Source: Epiperipatus broadwayi (taxonomy: Eukaryota; Animalia; Onychophora). From it: a stretch of DNA of 64,000 nucleotides. Below are positions 27,560 to 41,829 of the stretch, piece after piece. The stretch is from contig JAQFVV010000002.1 in the NCBI GenBank assembly GCA_028023455.1, positions 9,238,001 to 9,302,000 of the forward strand, given 5' to 3'. The notes under the pieces were generated by a model, which had not been told where the DNA came from, did not search any database, and was given only the letters and a program-made list of their open reading frames with translations. The translations under genes and the position numbers were made by a program. The stretch's first letter is position 1, and each line of letters begins with the position of its first letter.

Positions 27560-28930
27560 AGTCCAATTTTTTGATCCATAGCTTTACTCTGTTATTCCAG
27601 AAAATTTCTACATGCCATTCTTCTATTTCAAATCTAGTTACTGTCTATGCCTTTTATAATCTTTTAGTATCCAATTAAGATTTCAACTATCTATCTATTA
27701 TATCCAGCCCAGTTCAACAATAAATTTTTATTCTTCCACTCATATATTTTTATATCTTTCTATTAATCTGAGTAAACATTTCTTCACAATTCTCTATAGT
27801 GCAATCTCTATATTGTTTTTCTATTAAACTTCCATGTCTTAGGTTCATAAGTAAGCACTGGAAATTTCTTGATTTATTAAAAATCTTTATTTTCAAGCAT
27901 ATGGGCATTTTTTTTAAATATCGTTATTTATATTAAAAACTCTTCATCTAAGTTTAATTCTATGTTTCCATCAATATAAATAAGATGATTATGAGATTTA
28001 TTGTTATGAACATCTTCTAATTTATTACTGTCAACATTTATTGGGTTTCTATGATTATAACTAATATGGTTGTGAGATTTATTATTGTATTATCTAATTA
28101 ATTGTTGTCAATTTTTGTTTTCTCTTTTGAAAAGCCATTAAACAAAACTCTTGTATTATTTCCTGGGTCTTTAAAGCATTATTTAAAAAAAAAAAAAACA
28201 TCATCCACAAAATACTTCTTATAAAATTGCTTTAGAAAGTTGGAAAGATAGAATCATCCTGTCATAATTTGCAGCATTAATCTTTACAGAGTCATCATAT
28301 TGTTTAATTACTGCTTTGATAAATATTTGTCAATATTATGAATCTATGTGTGATATATCAAATTTGACTTTAATTGTTCCACAAATGCATAGAAGATTTG
28401 TACATATTTTTATAATGTATAATCCAATGCATACTTTTTAATCTTTTCTATAACTTTTCACAGTTATTGGATGTGATCTACACATCTTTAAATCCACTTT
28501 ACTTTTCAAGTTATTTTCTCAAGTTAATTAATTTGAGTTCAATGTTCTTTACAGTTAATTTATAATAAAGATCATATATAAATAAATAGAAGATTGGTGG
28601 ATCTATAATATTAAAATGCTATTTAGTTATTTCTTAAATATCAATAATACTATTGCATTTTATAGTCATCTAATATATATTTATCATTTAGATATTTACC
28701 AATATTCTTCACTTGGTTCTTTTATAATATTTATAATGATTCCTTAATTTCATAAAACTGCTCCATTCTGCATTGATTTAACTGCTTGCCTCACCACTTC
28801 ATTTAAAATACTTGCTAATAAAAAAAACAGCATCATATATTTATTTTAATATATGTATTGCAAAATAAATTTATTGATTATGCAGGATCTCTTGATTATT
28901 ATTAATGCTATTTTGCCTTTACCTTCACCT
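27560..28930 (-). mobile_element. Decayed RTE-clade LINE RT relic
   Basis: Minus-strand traces KNIGKY..YRST (cf. IGxYQxGFRxxRST) and PVLTYEPKTWK (cf. PVLTYGSETW). Confidence 0.55.
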
Positions 28931-30429
28931 AATTCTTATCAAATATTTTTGTAGTAGTTAGTGTTAAAAATTCATTATAAAGTAATGATTTTGATATTAT
29001 ATGATTTGATTTAATTTTACTTAACATGTGCACCAAGTTCATATTATAAAAATCCAAATTAATACATGTCTATACATATTTCCTTTTAAGTATACCATTA
29101 TTTTTTTTAAATTGTGAATGAAATATATATATCAAGATTTAGTAGTATGTATTAAGCAATCAAATTAAAGAAGATGATTTAAGAATGTTGGAATGACAAG
29201 TTTTAACATGAAAAAAAAGTTAATGTGTATTTCATATTTTAATTTTTTTTAATAACTTTGAAATTAAATTAAGTAATAACATTATGTGTGTAATGTGTTA
29301 TTTAAAATGTGACATCTTTCATTTTCTATTATATAGAAATAGATTATATTCTTTATTTAAATTAATATGCTGTGCAAATCTATAAAAAATTGATTGAAGT
29401 ATTATATCTATTTTGGATAGAATTCCAGATAATTGATTGATATTCCAAGATTGGAAAAACTAGATACAAATACTCTGAGCTTAATTAGATCACTAAATTG
29501 TCTGCTCTATCTTAAAATAGTATCTATAATTATAAATAATTTATTGACCATATATGAGGTGGTGGTGAAAAGAGTCATAACTGGTAAACAAAATGTCAAA
29601 ATCTTTTTGGAAAACAAATTATTTTAATGTCTCTAATATAATAAGAAACATTTAAAAATTCTGATTTTTTTTTAAAGCAAGACATAATGGAACTTTTTTT
29701 TTTTGTATTAATGACTATTCTATTTTTCTTGTGCATTAAACAAAGTTATATGTATCCATGTAAAGAAGATTACCATCATTTCTGGTAATACATTTAAAAA
29801 TTTTGCAATCATTTGCATAAGAAAGAAGATGTGAAAATTTGAGATTATAGCTAAGTTTATTAATGAAAATAATGAATAATGATAGTGCAAGTATATTATT
29901 TTGAAATAATCCCAAACTACAAGAATATATTGAAGAAGATTTATTATTACATTTTATTAAAATCTATTTTTATGTAGGATTCAAACCATTTAATCAAATT
30001 TTTAGAAAAATCAATCTGAATAATTTAACAAATCAAAATATATAATATTCAGCCTACTTTAATCATCAAAAACATATTTTATATGAAGAAAAGTTATAAG
30101 AAAAATTTGTTTCAATAATCTGAGAGACAAAAATTAGCATTACATTGGAGTTATAAAATTACTAACATCAGTGACATTTTTTTTATAAATAACTTTTTTC
30201 AAAAAGTCATGACCAACTGAAGTAGACCTATAATTATTGACAATCTTTGGACTGATTTTTGACAATTGAAACCATTTTGCCAATTTGAGAAATTAGGAAA
30301 AGCATGATTTAAAATAGAAAGATTAATGATGTAGGAATGGATTAGCATATATTAATAATGTATTTTTTTGTTATAAAGTATTCTTTTACATTTTTGAGAT
30401 TATTAATCAATATATATATATTACAAGGA

Positions 30430-33200
30430 ATCTTTTTGTAGTGTACTGGTCGAAAAATGTATATCGATCCAACAAAACCCGGAATACAGGTAAAGTACCT
30501 CGAGTCTGACCATGTACAAGACATATAAATCAGGTACGTCATAGATTCTGCCCTATTTACCAATATCTCCAGGTCAAAGATCTAATCAATAACCTTTCTC
30601 GACAATAACATCGAATTCCTCTATTTTCACCGTGCTCGGAGCCGAGCCTTCAAGCATAAGATTCATTTTTAATTATATTTTAATGAAAACTTGGTGATTG
30701 ATTTATATATATACTTAAAATCAAAGATTACCTAAAATAAAAGTAAATGAAAAGATTCGAAGAACACTGGAAGTTTTGTTTTAGATATATATATCTTAAA
30801 CTCATTAATTATTTTACATTTATATTTAACTCAAGCTCATAAAAAAAAAAACAATCTTTAAATTAATTTTATAATTATATAATAAGTTTATGTGAGTCCA
30901 CGTCCTGCACGACAGATTTACATTAGCGGTTATCTGTTTTATTATTTTGTTTGCACAAATTTATTTTGTTTACATTTATTTAAGAAAGAAAAAGAAACAA
31001 AAAAGATTTTAAAATTAAATGACCACAGATTTTAAATTGTCTGTCCACATTTAGTACAAGGTAATAATACATCAGCGTGTCTAAACATTTGACTAACTGA
31101 TGTATATAAAGAATAAACATTTTATTTCTTCTTTATAAAAAATATTTAAAAAACATTTTATATTAAAATGGATATCAAAGAAATAATTACAATAAGACTG
31201 ATTCGATGTCCTACTCCAATGACATATGGAAAGAAAAAAAATTGATTTTATTTCTCTTTATAAATAATAATTTAGATCTCAAATAAAATAATATTTTATT
31301 ACATTAGTGGACCTTGCTGGAATAGCATTAAACTACACAGTGATTAAAAACTATAAGCTGTTATATAAAAAAGTAGATCACTTAATTATCAAGCAAACAA
31401 GTCACTTTAGTTGGACTTTCAACTAAAATCATTCCTTATAAAAATTATAATGTGAATTAACAAAATTAAGATTTTAATAATGAATAAAGCAAAAGAATTG
31501 ATTACTCCAGTCGAAGATCCTTGAGTAGAATCATTTCCCCATGGCTTACGTATTAGATAGGCAAAAGAAAAGCATAATGTTGGGTTCACAAACATATGAA
31601 TGCCAATGAAAGAAGAAAAATACATGTAGGATCACATGAGCTGGTTCACAGACACTCGCATGTCTATTCTAACGAAGAAAAAGGGAAATTGATACGTCTG
31701 CCTGTTGCGAACAAATACTGAAAGGAGATAGGAAGTACAGAGAGCCCTCATGTCCGCCTGTACGGATATCATGCTGACTAATCAATTCTACCTCAACCAC
31801 GCTCTCTGGCCCACAGATGTATGCGTAACTGGGAGCCAACTCTGAACACCAAATGAATGACCGTTTTAGGTCTGTCCACACTACTTTGAGCATTCTTTAT
31901 TAACCCGAGATATTATAATCATCAAATATGAACTAATTATAATTAAATAGCCTTAAATGACCTAATACTGCATAGAGATCAACCTGTATAACCAACTACT
32001 TTATGTAAATATTTAACTAACAAAAACCAAACGTATAGAATAAAAAAATTTACTTCTCGAATAAATCCCCCCTTCCCACTTTCCTAACTTTAAAAAAAGG
32101 CATGATAATTAATTGACGCTATCCAGCGGCACTGTTACTAGGTCAAAATATATATATATTACTTTTGTTTCAATTTAAAGAAATCTAAAATTATAGAGTC
32201 CCATCCTGGGAAATCTATAATAAAACTATTTAAAGAATTACGGTAGGTTTATTTTGATATACATATATATATATTCGACATAACTTCACTTGCAAAAATA
32301 AAAATAGATAAACTTATTTTCATTTTTAAAATTAATTCATTCTTTGCTAAAAAAAATTCCCTTTCCCCTTGTGAACATAATTTGCTCTCTTAGCTGATTA
32401 CTCTCTTTGAGCCCCCACGAGTGAAGTTTGTCAAAATAAAAAAATCAAAGCATGAAATCTCATACTAAAATTAATATAAAAACAAATAAATATTTTCATA
32501 TTCAATAATCCAAAATATTAAAATTGTTGTGAGCTTGAGTTATAAAAAACATTATAAATAATTTAAAAAGAAAAGGTTAAAAAGTCAGTTAAAAATATTT
32601 CTAATAAACATTAACTTTTGATATTTTTTTAAGATTTTAGAAATTACATTTTTATATTTTAATGATAATTTCTAAATCAGGATGACAGGATTTAAGCTCA
32701 TCAGCATTTTACCTGGAGTTCCCTGAAATGAGTTCTGCGGGCAAACATTGATGGCAGGTGGCATTTGAAGGCTGGTTCTGGCAGCAGCATAATGGGAGAT
32801 TTCAGGTCTCAGGAAGGGATGGGTGTGATTTTCCCTTAACTACTCGCTCAACATTTTAACTTGCATGGAGACGTTTTGCAACTTTCTCTTTTTTTTTTAA
32901 AAAAAAGACCACTATTTATACCTTAGTATTGGTATTCGAATTATCTGCTGCCTGAGGTGATTTTTTTTTAGGTTTTCTATGAAACAATAGGAAGTCATAC
33001 TTTTCTAATTTTAGAAAGTTTATACCTCGATAAGGATTGATAGAGATTTTAATATAAGTTTTATCTAACAATGTAGAATCTCTATTAATTCATTAATAGA
33101 AATTCCAAAGTAATGAATTTTGGTAATTTCCAAGTGTTTTAATTTAACATTTATTTTAAACTTCTTATCGAGGTACAAATCTTTCAAAAAAAAGGCCATC
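30430..33200. promoter_or_regulatory. CpG-retaining island, candidate promoter/enhancer domain
   Basis: About 40 CG dinucleotides counted by eye in 2.8 kb, versus roughly 1-2 per kb in the first 10 kb. Confidence 0.4.
33014..33185. mobile_element. Small MITE-like element with ~21-bp imperfect TIRs
   Basis: gaaagtttatacctcgataag ... cttatcgaggtacaaatctttc. Confidence 0.5.
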
Positions 33201-34473
33201 TTGGATTCTTAAAGAAAAAATAAGACATTTTAAATATATATAAAAAACATATCAAAAAAATTCAAAACTTATTTGAATTTTTTTTTTTTTAATAAATACA
33301 ATAACTTAGCGTGTTAGTATAATTAAACATGATTAGTACTATCCAAAATAAATTTTAGTAATTTATCCAGGATAGTTGTGTTAAAAAATGTTTTAAGAAT
33401 AATTTTTAAAAAATGTTGAAAAATACATTTCTCTACATAGGAGGGCTTTAATTAAACCCCCTTAATAAGTGATTAGGTGGGTCAGACAGTGAAATGGCAA
33501 ATCAGATTTACCATTGCAATAGTTTCAATTTTTTTATTTCTCATAAATTAATTCATATCTCAAAAATAGATTGTCTAAATTAAGCTAAACAATACTACAA
33601 TATTAGTAATGTTATTTTTTTCTATTACAATTTAGTTAACCATTTTATGATTGAGATACTTCACTCTAATAACTGTCATCAATTAAAAATCTTGTATATT
33701 CTTGTTTTTTTTTATTTAGATCATATTTATTATAATTTTAATATAGTCAATATTTATGAATTTTTTTAATTTTTAAAGAGTAAATGTTGTGAATAAATAA
33801 TTTTTAAAAATCTTATATGAATTTTTCTACCCAATATATATTTGTTGTTTTGGTTTTTTTTTAAAAAAAAAAAAAGTTTTGAATATTTGTGCCTTTATTT
33901 TTTTGTCCAGACTCAAGTCATGACTAAATTAATATACAATCGTATAAAAATTAAACGCATGTATATGTTTTCTAGAACATTCACATGCAAAAATTATTGA
34001 AATAATTAGTCATAGACTTATAAGGTAATCTAAAGTCAATTCTTAGCTGTTTTGATGTAATAGATTTTAACTTTTTAAAGTAATGATTGTTTTTGTTTCT
34101 TTCAGTTTTATGAAAAATTAATTGCAGAATAATTGTAAAAATAATTTTTTGCTAGCTAATCTTTAATTTACTGATATGACATAACATTGTTCATGAAAAT
34201 ATTTTTTTTGAAAAGAGCAAATGCCATTTTATTTTTAAAAAAACATAAAATTATTTATTATGAAAGTTAATATATGTAAATATCATTATTATTAATATTA
34301 ATTTGTTACTGCTGTCAGTTTGTGTCATAATTTTTTTAAAATGAAGGTTTCAATATATATATTTATTTTACTTTTAAGTGGTAAATATTAATTTTCAATT
34401 TATGAAGCATTAAATTAAAACAAAGGTAGTAAATCACCCTCCCTCATGCTCTGACTTAAAAGCATTCTAAATA

Positions 34474-34751
34474 TTGAACAAAGGAATCAAGAATAGAATG
34501 AATCCATCTACTCTTGGTAATTCTGATGTTTATAAGCATACCTTTATCAACATTGTTGATAATTTAGAGTGAAATTAATTTATTAACAGATAGAATATGG
34601 TACTTAAAAGTTATTAAATTCACAATTACTTATACAAGGTTGGAGACAGCATCTCACTCTGAATTACCAATAACGTTGACAAAAGTATGCTTATAAACAT
34701 CTGAGCTACCAAGAATAGGTAATTCATTCTATTTTTGATTTGTTTGTTTAA
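34474..34751. repeat. Fold-back with ~100-bp diverged arms and an ~80-bp spacer
   Basis: 34474-34573 (gaatagaatgaat...gatgtttataagcatac...agagtga) is the reverse complement of 34653-34751. Confidence 0.85.
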
Positions 34752-37700
34752 CATTTAGAATGATTTTAAGTCATAGCCAGGTGGAGCATAATTTACTCCC
34801 TTTATTTACATATACATGGAGCTATGTTTAATTTAAAGTTTACATGATATTCTTTATAAATATCTGTTTAATTATTCATTGTTATTTTAAAGCAAATTGT
34901 TTTAAAACTTAAAAATAATTATTGAAATATTTATTCAATAATACAGAAACTGTCATTCAAATAAACATAAAATCATTAAATGTGATTAGGAAAAGTTTAA
35001 TTCTTTTAATTTGTTTATAAATTGTTTGATTCTTATATTAATAACACACTTTAATGACTCAACTATTTACAAAAAAGAAATAGCATATTTAAATTCAGTA
35101 TATATTATTTATCCAAATTTTATATGAATACATAAAATCCTTAATAATATGCTATATTTAATGTACACCAGACATAATATGTTAATATATTCAGTATAAT
35201 ATATTTAATTTAATGTGAGTGAGTAAAAATTAAAATATTTCATTGTAATCAATATTCATCATATTCAGAAAAAAAACATGCAGTTCTCTTCTTGATCATA
35301 ATTTATAGAAAATCTAGCATAATTATTGGATATTAATATACTTGTTACATTATTTATATAAAAAAGTTAATAAGAGCCATTTATTAAGTAATTATATTAT
35401 TAATGGAATATTTATAAATATTCTGCTATTTCCAGATAAATAGAAATTATGTACAACAAAGAAATAGTTTACATTATTGAATTAAAAAGAAAAACATTTA
35501 ATTAATAATTGAATTTTATTAATAAACAAGTAAATAGTAATTCAAATGAATAATTCAATTTTAATATTTAAAAAATCTTTTTTTTCTTCAAATAGTTAAA
35601 TTTTTAAAGCATGGAAAATATTTATATAAGTTTATATCATATTTTTTATTATGTTGATGTCCAAATTAAACTACATTTTTATTTTTCATCTGCCATTTAG
35701 TTTTGTTTTTTATGACAACAGTAAATTCAAAATTGAAAATTTTCATATGAATTCCCAAGTCTATTCATTCAAAAAAAAGTCTATTTAGTCATTTAAATTA
35801 AACTATTGTCTTTAACTTGTCAATTTAGTGCTGAAATATCACTTGATTTCCCAAGTAATTGTCATACATTTATTTTATTGTTCTTGTTAGAATTAGGTAT
35901 TGTTTTTATATAAAAATGCTAGCCTTTCTGTTGTTACTAATTACTTCAAATGAGAACCTTTTATTGTTAATGTTGTTGTCTCAAAAAAAATTATTAATTA
36001 ATTAAATTAATGCACTGCTGTTGATTTAATTAGACGAATTGTTTATAGTGTATAGAATTATTATCTAAAACTATTATAGCATTATTATATATTATTGAGT
36101 ATATACCTTTTTGTTTAAAATATTAACAAATGATTAATCTGTAATTTAATTTATAATATCCATAATCATTTCTTTTACAATTTGTCTTAAAATAAAGATG
36201 TTTGCTTTTTTTTTTTAAAAAATTATGTCGATTGTTTTTTGAATGCATGGATATAATAAATATATAAATTTTAAATAAAATAACGGTTGATATAAATGTA
36301 TTTACTTGCAAAAGTTTGCACTATAGTATATACAAAGAAAAAGAAAGAGAGAGACAGATAAAAAAAATATAAAATCTATAAATGTAATAGCAAGAATTTG
36401 AAAATTATAGTTGATTTACATATTTAAAAAAAGAGAATATATTATATGGAAGCTGAAATTCAGTTTTATTAAATTTAATGTGTCATCATTGTCGTGTAAT
36501 GTGATACTTTTCTCTTTATTTTTTCTTAAAATTTACTTTGATAATGGTGATTGTAATTAAATAATCGAAATATTACTTTTTGTAGGGAATAAAAATAAAA
36601 AACATATATATATGATATTTTTTTTGGTATACTATTTTTATTTTTTCATTGCTTTGGTTTAATAATGAAACAAGTTTTAAAAAATTAAAAAGATGTTATA
36701 TATTAATGCATTCTGTTCATACTCTTCCTTTTATAATCCTGAGCATTATTAATACTATTTCCTTATAGCATTTGTTCATTAATAGTAATTTCTCTTCTAA
36801 GCCTTCCTTCATTAAAAGAAAGATATTAATTATGTATGTGATATATCTGGCCAAAAATAACTACATGTCAGTTGGGTAAAACTGGCTTAATTCATAAGGA
36901 TGTTATTGCACAGGATTTCCAGCTTAAATAACTGACAGTTAAAGAATTACATACTAAAATAACTTTATCGTTATAAATTAAAAATATTATTACATTTATA
37001 TAATAAAAAAAATCCTAAAAGTTTAAATTTTGATGGATACTACAATTGTTGTTTTAACACATTATAATAAATATGGATGAACAATAAAAAATATAGAAAC
37101 AAAGTTATGAATAAAAATTAGGTAAGCACTAGGATTCCACAAAAGTTGAGATTGAGTTTCAAAATTAATATATATATTTAAAAAATATAATGATATATAT
37201 AAAATTTGATAAATGTTAAAACAATAAAATATAGAGCTTAAAATGAAAAAACAAGTATTGCAAACATTGAAATATTAATTTCAAAAAATGAAAATCAAAA
37301 AGAAAATATCCCATTTTTTATTGCACAATTTTTAAGTTGCATCATAAATAAATCATTTTAATACCTAATATTCTTCTGGGTTTCCCTTTCATCTAAGCAA
37401 TATTGCAATGTGAACCTTAATCCAAGAAAATCTTAAAAAGAAAATAGAAAACATTAAATCACTTGAGAAATCATACTTTAATGCAAACATTCCTCTTTAA
37501 CATACCTGCAGTGACAAGAATTGCATATTAATTCCTCATAACATTGTACACCATCTTTACTAAACACATTTAATTACTATGCAGAAAACTTAATTTGGGA
37601 TAAATGCACAGAAACCATTTCAATTAAACATTTACAAAAATCCACTTGCTCTCAATAACTAGAATTACATAATATATACACATTAAGAATACAAAAAGCA

Positions 37701-38446
37701 TTTAACATAATTTTATTATGTTATAATACCCTTCCACAATCTAGAGATCATTTGTAAAATTACAACTACTGACCGACTCTTCCCAATATAAAAATATTTA
37801 ATAACTTTTGAAACTTCTATTATCTATTTATAACCTTCATTTTTGTTTCCTCTAAATATAAATATTGAGAGATGCATTCATTGCTTTATCTGCCATCCCA
37901 ATATGGAAAAAAACTCATATTAAACATCCCCAATAAACAACTATAACACAAACTTAAATGCTGATCACTAAACCCCAAATATTTTGGCTTTTTAATAAAA
38001 CTAAACTTAGGATCCTTGCCCATAGTACACTGCTATAGATTTAAAGAACACAAATTTAGAAGTTCAGTATACTTTTTATCACAAAAATATTGAAATAATA
38101 ATTAACTCAGTGAACATAGATTTTGTGAGCAGCTAATCTTTGTTTTCAATCATCTCTTTCTTTCTGTGCGGATTTCCTCATTGTATACCTTCTCATGAAT
38201 GATATATCAAATACTAAACAAAAATTGTTTTTCCAAAATCACATTTCTTTTGGTTCTTATATGTTTTATATATCACAATCTCTAATAGGAATTTATTCTG
38301 TCTTTTCCACACACATTCTCATATATACAACACCATTTTTTTTTAGAAATTTTGAAAGGGTTTGCTTATTTGTAAATAAGACAATTAATCAATCTTAATT
38401 TATATACATTATATGATACATGAATATCTGTATGGTTATATATATA

Positions 38447-39242
38447 TATAGACTTTCAAGGCTCCTTTAATCTATCCATTCTTTCTCATGCAACTGATAC
38501 ATAAGATCAGCTACTTGTGAAAAAAAAAGATCTCCATTACACATATTTTGTGATGAACCAGCATTCATTAGTTGGTCCAGATCATCATCTACCATACACA
38601 TATATAATTAGTGCTCAGTTTATATTAAGAGAGCAAATCTTCAAACTTTAATGGACAGACTTCAATCTACTCCTCCTTCCAACTCATCAGCCATCCATAG
38701 CATTGAAAATCTGATTATAGAATGTCCAATTCTCTTGTTAATGCTAATATTGTCATGTTCATGTTGACTTTAAATCAGTCTGACCCCTCATGTATAGGAT
38801 CTTTGTCCATTTAAATACATTTGTAATACATTTAAATATTACAAATTCAGCCTGTATCTTCTCCAGCCCTCTTCTGTGTATTTAAATGGTGAGATCTTAC
38901 ACATGCAGGATCAGACTGACCTAATGTTAACATGGGCATGACAATAATATTAGCATTAACAAGGAATCTGGACATTCTATCATCAGATTTTCAATTATAT
39001 GGATGGATAAAGAGTTGGAGAGTGGAGTAGATTAAAGCCAGTCCATTAAAGTTTGAAGATTTGCTCTCTTAATATAAAGTGAGCACTGATTATATATATA
39101 TGTGGGGGGGGGATGATCTGGACCAACTGATGAGTGCTGGTTCAGCATATTGGGGATTATTTATTCTTTTCACATGTATGTGGTCTTATGTCTCGATCAT
39201 ATGAGATAGAGTGGATAGCAGAAGTGAGATTGAAAATCTATA
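38447..39242. mobile_element. Fold-back element with ~370-bp arms, each containing the same hammerhead family as 19.7-20.6 kb
   Basis: Arms 38447-38820 and 38877-39242 are inverted. Cores at 38534-38575 (-: ccaaCTAATGAatgctggttcatcacAAAAtatgtgtaatgg) and 39123-39153 (+: ccaaCTGATGAgtgctggttcagcat, GAAA segment deleted, then ttgg). Confidence 0.85.
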
Positions 39243-41829
39243 TTCAAATACCGTATATTACACCTAAACTCCCGAGTTAATTATTTTTGTATTTAAATAT
39301 TATGTATATATAAAATGCCAATGATGCAATTTAATTTAAAATTTATACATGTGTGAATGAGAATGGCATAAATGTGTTTATTCATTTATCCTTTTCAAAA
39401 CAAATATTTATTTAAGCACATAAAGAAAGCATTTCGTAGTTTTTCTTAGATTATTATTGATTAAGAATCATTTGAGTATTTATAGAACTATTTATTACTT
39501 GAAATAAGCACTGTTTATACATACCTATGATACAATTTAATTTAAAATTATATGTCAATAAAAATAATTAACATAAAAATAAAATAATGTAGCTATGAAA
39601 AAAATTATAGTAATAAGCTGAGAAAAATAGATTAGATTCATATTTACTCAAATCTATTCCTTTCATGGTTAAATCGGTTATTTTTATTTTATCATATAGA
39701 ATTTCCATCATCATTAACTTAGAGCTTTGGACCATATTTTAAAAATATTTATTTAATAATTTATGGAAATAATACAAGAAATATATTAACTGTGAATGCA
39801 ATCATATGATAGACTGAATATATTCTGGATTCATGACATCATTCGTGTAGGCATGTGCACACCAGAAATCTATAAATTCAAGTTTATAAATTTGTAAGTT
39901 TTTCAATTTTTATTATCTTCAAACTGCAGAAGGCAGAATTGTGGATACATAAAAGACAACTATATTACAAAGTAATTTTTCTTAAATACTAATAGTGAGA
40001 AAAATAACCCACATTTATTCACTGGATCATAAAGTTTAATTACCTATAGCAAATATGTTTCCTAATCCCAAGAGTTTTTAGCATTCAGATTTTGAGATTT
40101 AAATTTTAGTAGTGCAGTTTTTCAATATGCTCTTTTCATACTCAAAATAAAAACAATCAAGATATTTATAAAATTATATAATCCATCTTTCCATTGAATA
40201 AGGCCTAGTATAGTTCATTCATAAAATGTTATAGTTGTTGAACTTGATAAATCAGTGAATATTTTTTAGTTCTGAGGATTTATGTTTTTTACTTTTTTAA
40301 TCTGGAAGTTATAGGTTTCATTATATTATCATAAATTTGATCACATCCTTTTATATAAAGATATAGTAAATTTTGGAAATCACATATTCCTCTTCTTTTT
40401 TTTTTGTTGACACATATAAATTTCAAAAATTTTTATGTAAAAAAAAAAAAAACAACTAATTTTTATTTGGATAAATCAAAAAATAAAACTTTTTTTTTGC
40501 TTTCGCCAGTACATAAAAAAGGCATCTGTTTTTAATATAAATATTCAACATAATCTCCAAAAAACTATATATAGTATTGGTTCATGTTGTTGATTTTATC
40601 TGAGATTTTAGTTGTTTCTAAAGTCATTTATGTAACACCCCCATTATCAATTTACATGAATTGTTTTACTACATTCAAACATTTTTGAACATTCATAATT
40701 TTTGTTTATTTTTGCCATCACAAATTATGATGTCTTCTGATCATAAAAATTCTAAATATGACATACATCCAATAATATTATACCAATAGTGCTAGCAATA
40801 CTGAAAAATTATATACAGATAGTAATATAAAGAGTGGCAGCTGCTCCACAAGCATTGTGGCATCCCCCAAAAAATTAATTATTAAATTTATTCTTGAAAA
40901 ATCAATATATATATATAACAATTATTCAATATTTTACATAATTATTTTATGTAAATAAAATTAATTAAACCATTTTTAAAAATAATTATGTAAATGATAT
41001 TTGAGATTTTATTCAAAAATGTTACTAATTATAGCAGTTCCAGAAATCTCATATTCAATAAATTTCAGAAAGTTTCACTGAGATTGGTTTGTTTTTTTCA
41101 ATACTCATAACTAATGCCATTGGGTGCTTGTTCTGGCAGAATCAATAGCTATTTGAGCATGGTATGTTTATTCTGATTTCAGAATGAATAAATTTTTTAT
41201 TGTTTTCATTTAGGATGAACAATAAAATATTATTTTCTTTTTTGTACTTAACATTTGTAAATTAACATAAATATTTATTGCAGAAAAATATACCAAAATA
41301 AAAAAAATATTACTTTAAATATTTTATCATGATAAGGTTAGTTAAAAATTATATTTTTCCATTTGTCCTTACGTGAAAACATTGAAATGAAAAATAAAAA
41401 TCAATCTACTTCAAATATTATTATTTATCAAATAATAGTTAGTAAAATGGTTATGTGGTTGCAAAATTAGAAATGCTTTGTGTTTTCCTTGTTTACTTTT
41501 GGTGACGATACTGTAATAAAGCATCCTTGCTTAAAAATTTCATGGACCACCTCTGAATATAAACTTGTTCAGTTCTAATTATATTGTGTTAGTGATAATT
41601 AAGTGAATGACATTTGCACTTTAGTTAGTTTTATTTAACAATTTGCTATTATTACCCACCACCATTATTTATGGACACATCATATTATTAAAAGTAAGAT
41701 TAGTTAATGTATGTTTCTAACCTATTTTATATATTTAAGATATAAAATGTATTGATTTTTATTTATGCCTTGACAATTGTATAAAAAATTGCAAATTTCT
41801 ATTCAAAAAAAAAAATTTACTATACACAT

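Noticed and set aside
32660-32712. CTGATGA...GAAA on the minus strand as another hammerhead
   Set aside because: Stem II does not close next to GAAA, and stem I does not pair across a cleavage triplet.
37300-38140. Possible CR1/L2 LINE relic on the minus strand
   Set aside because: Only a weak QGS-like trace; too decayed to support a call.
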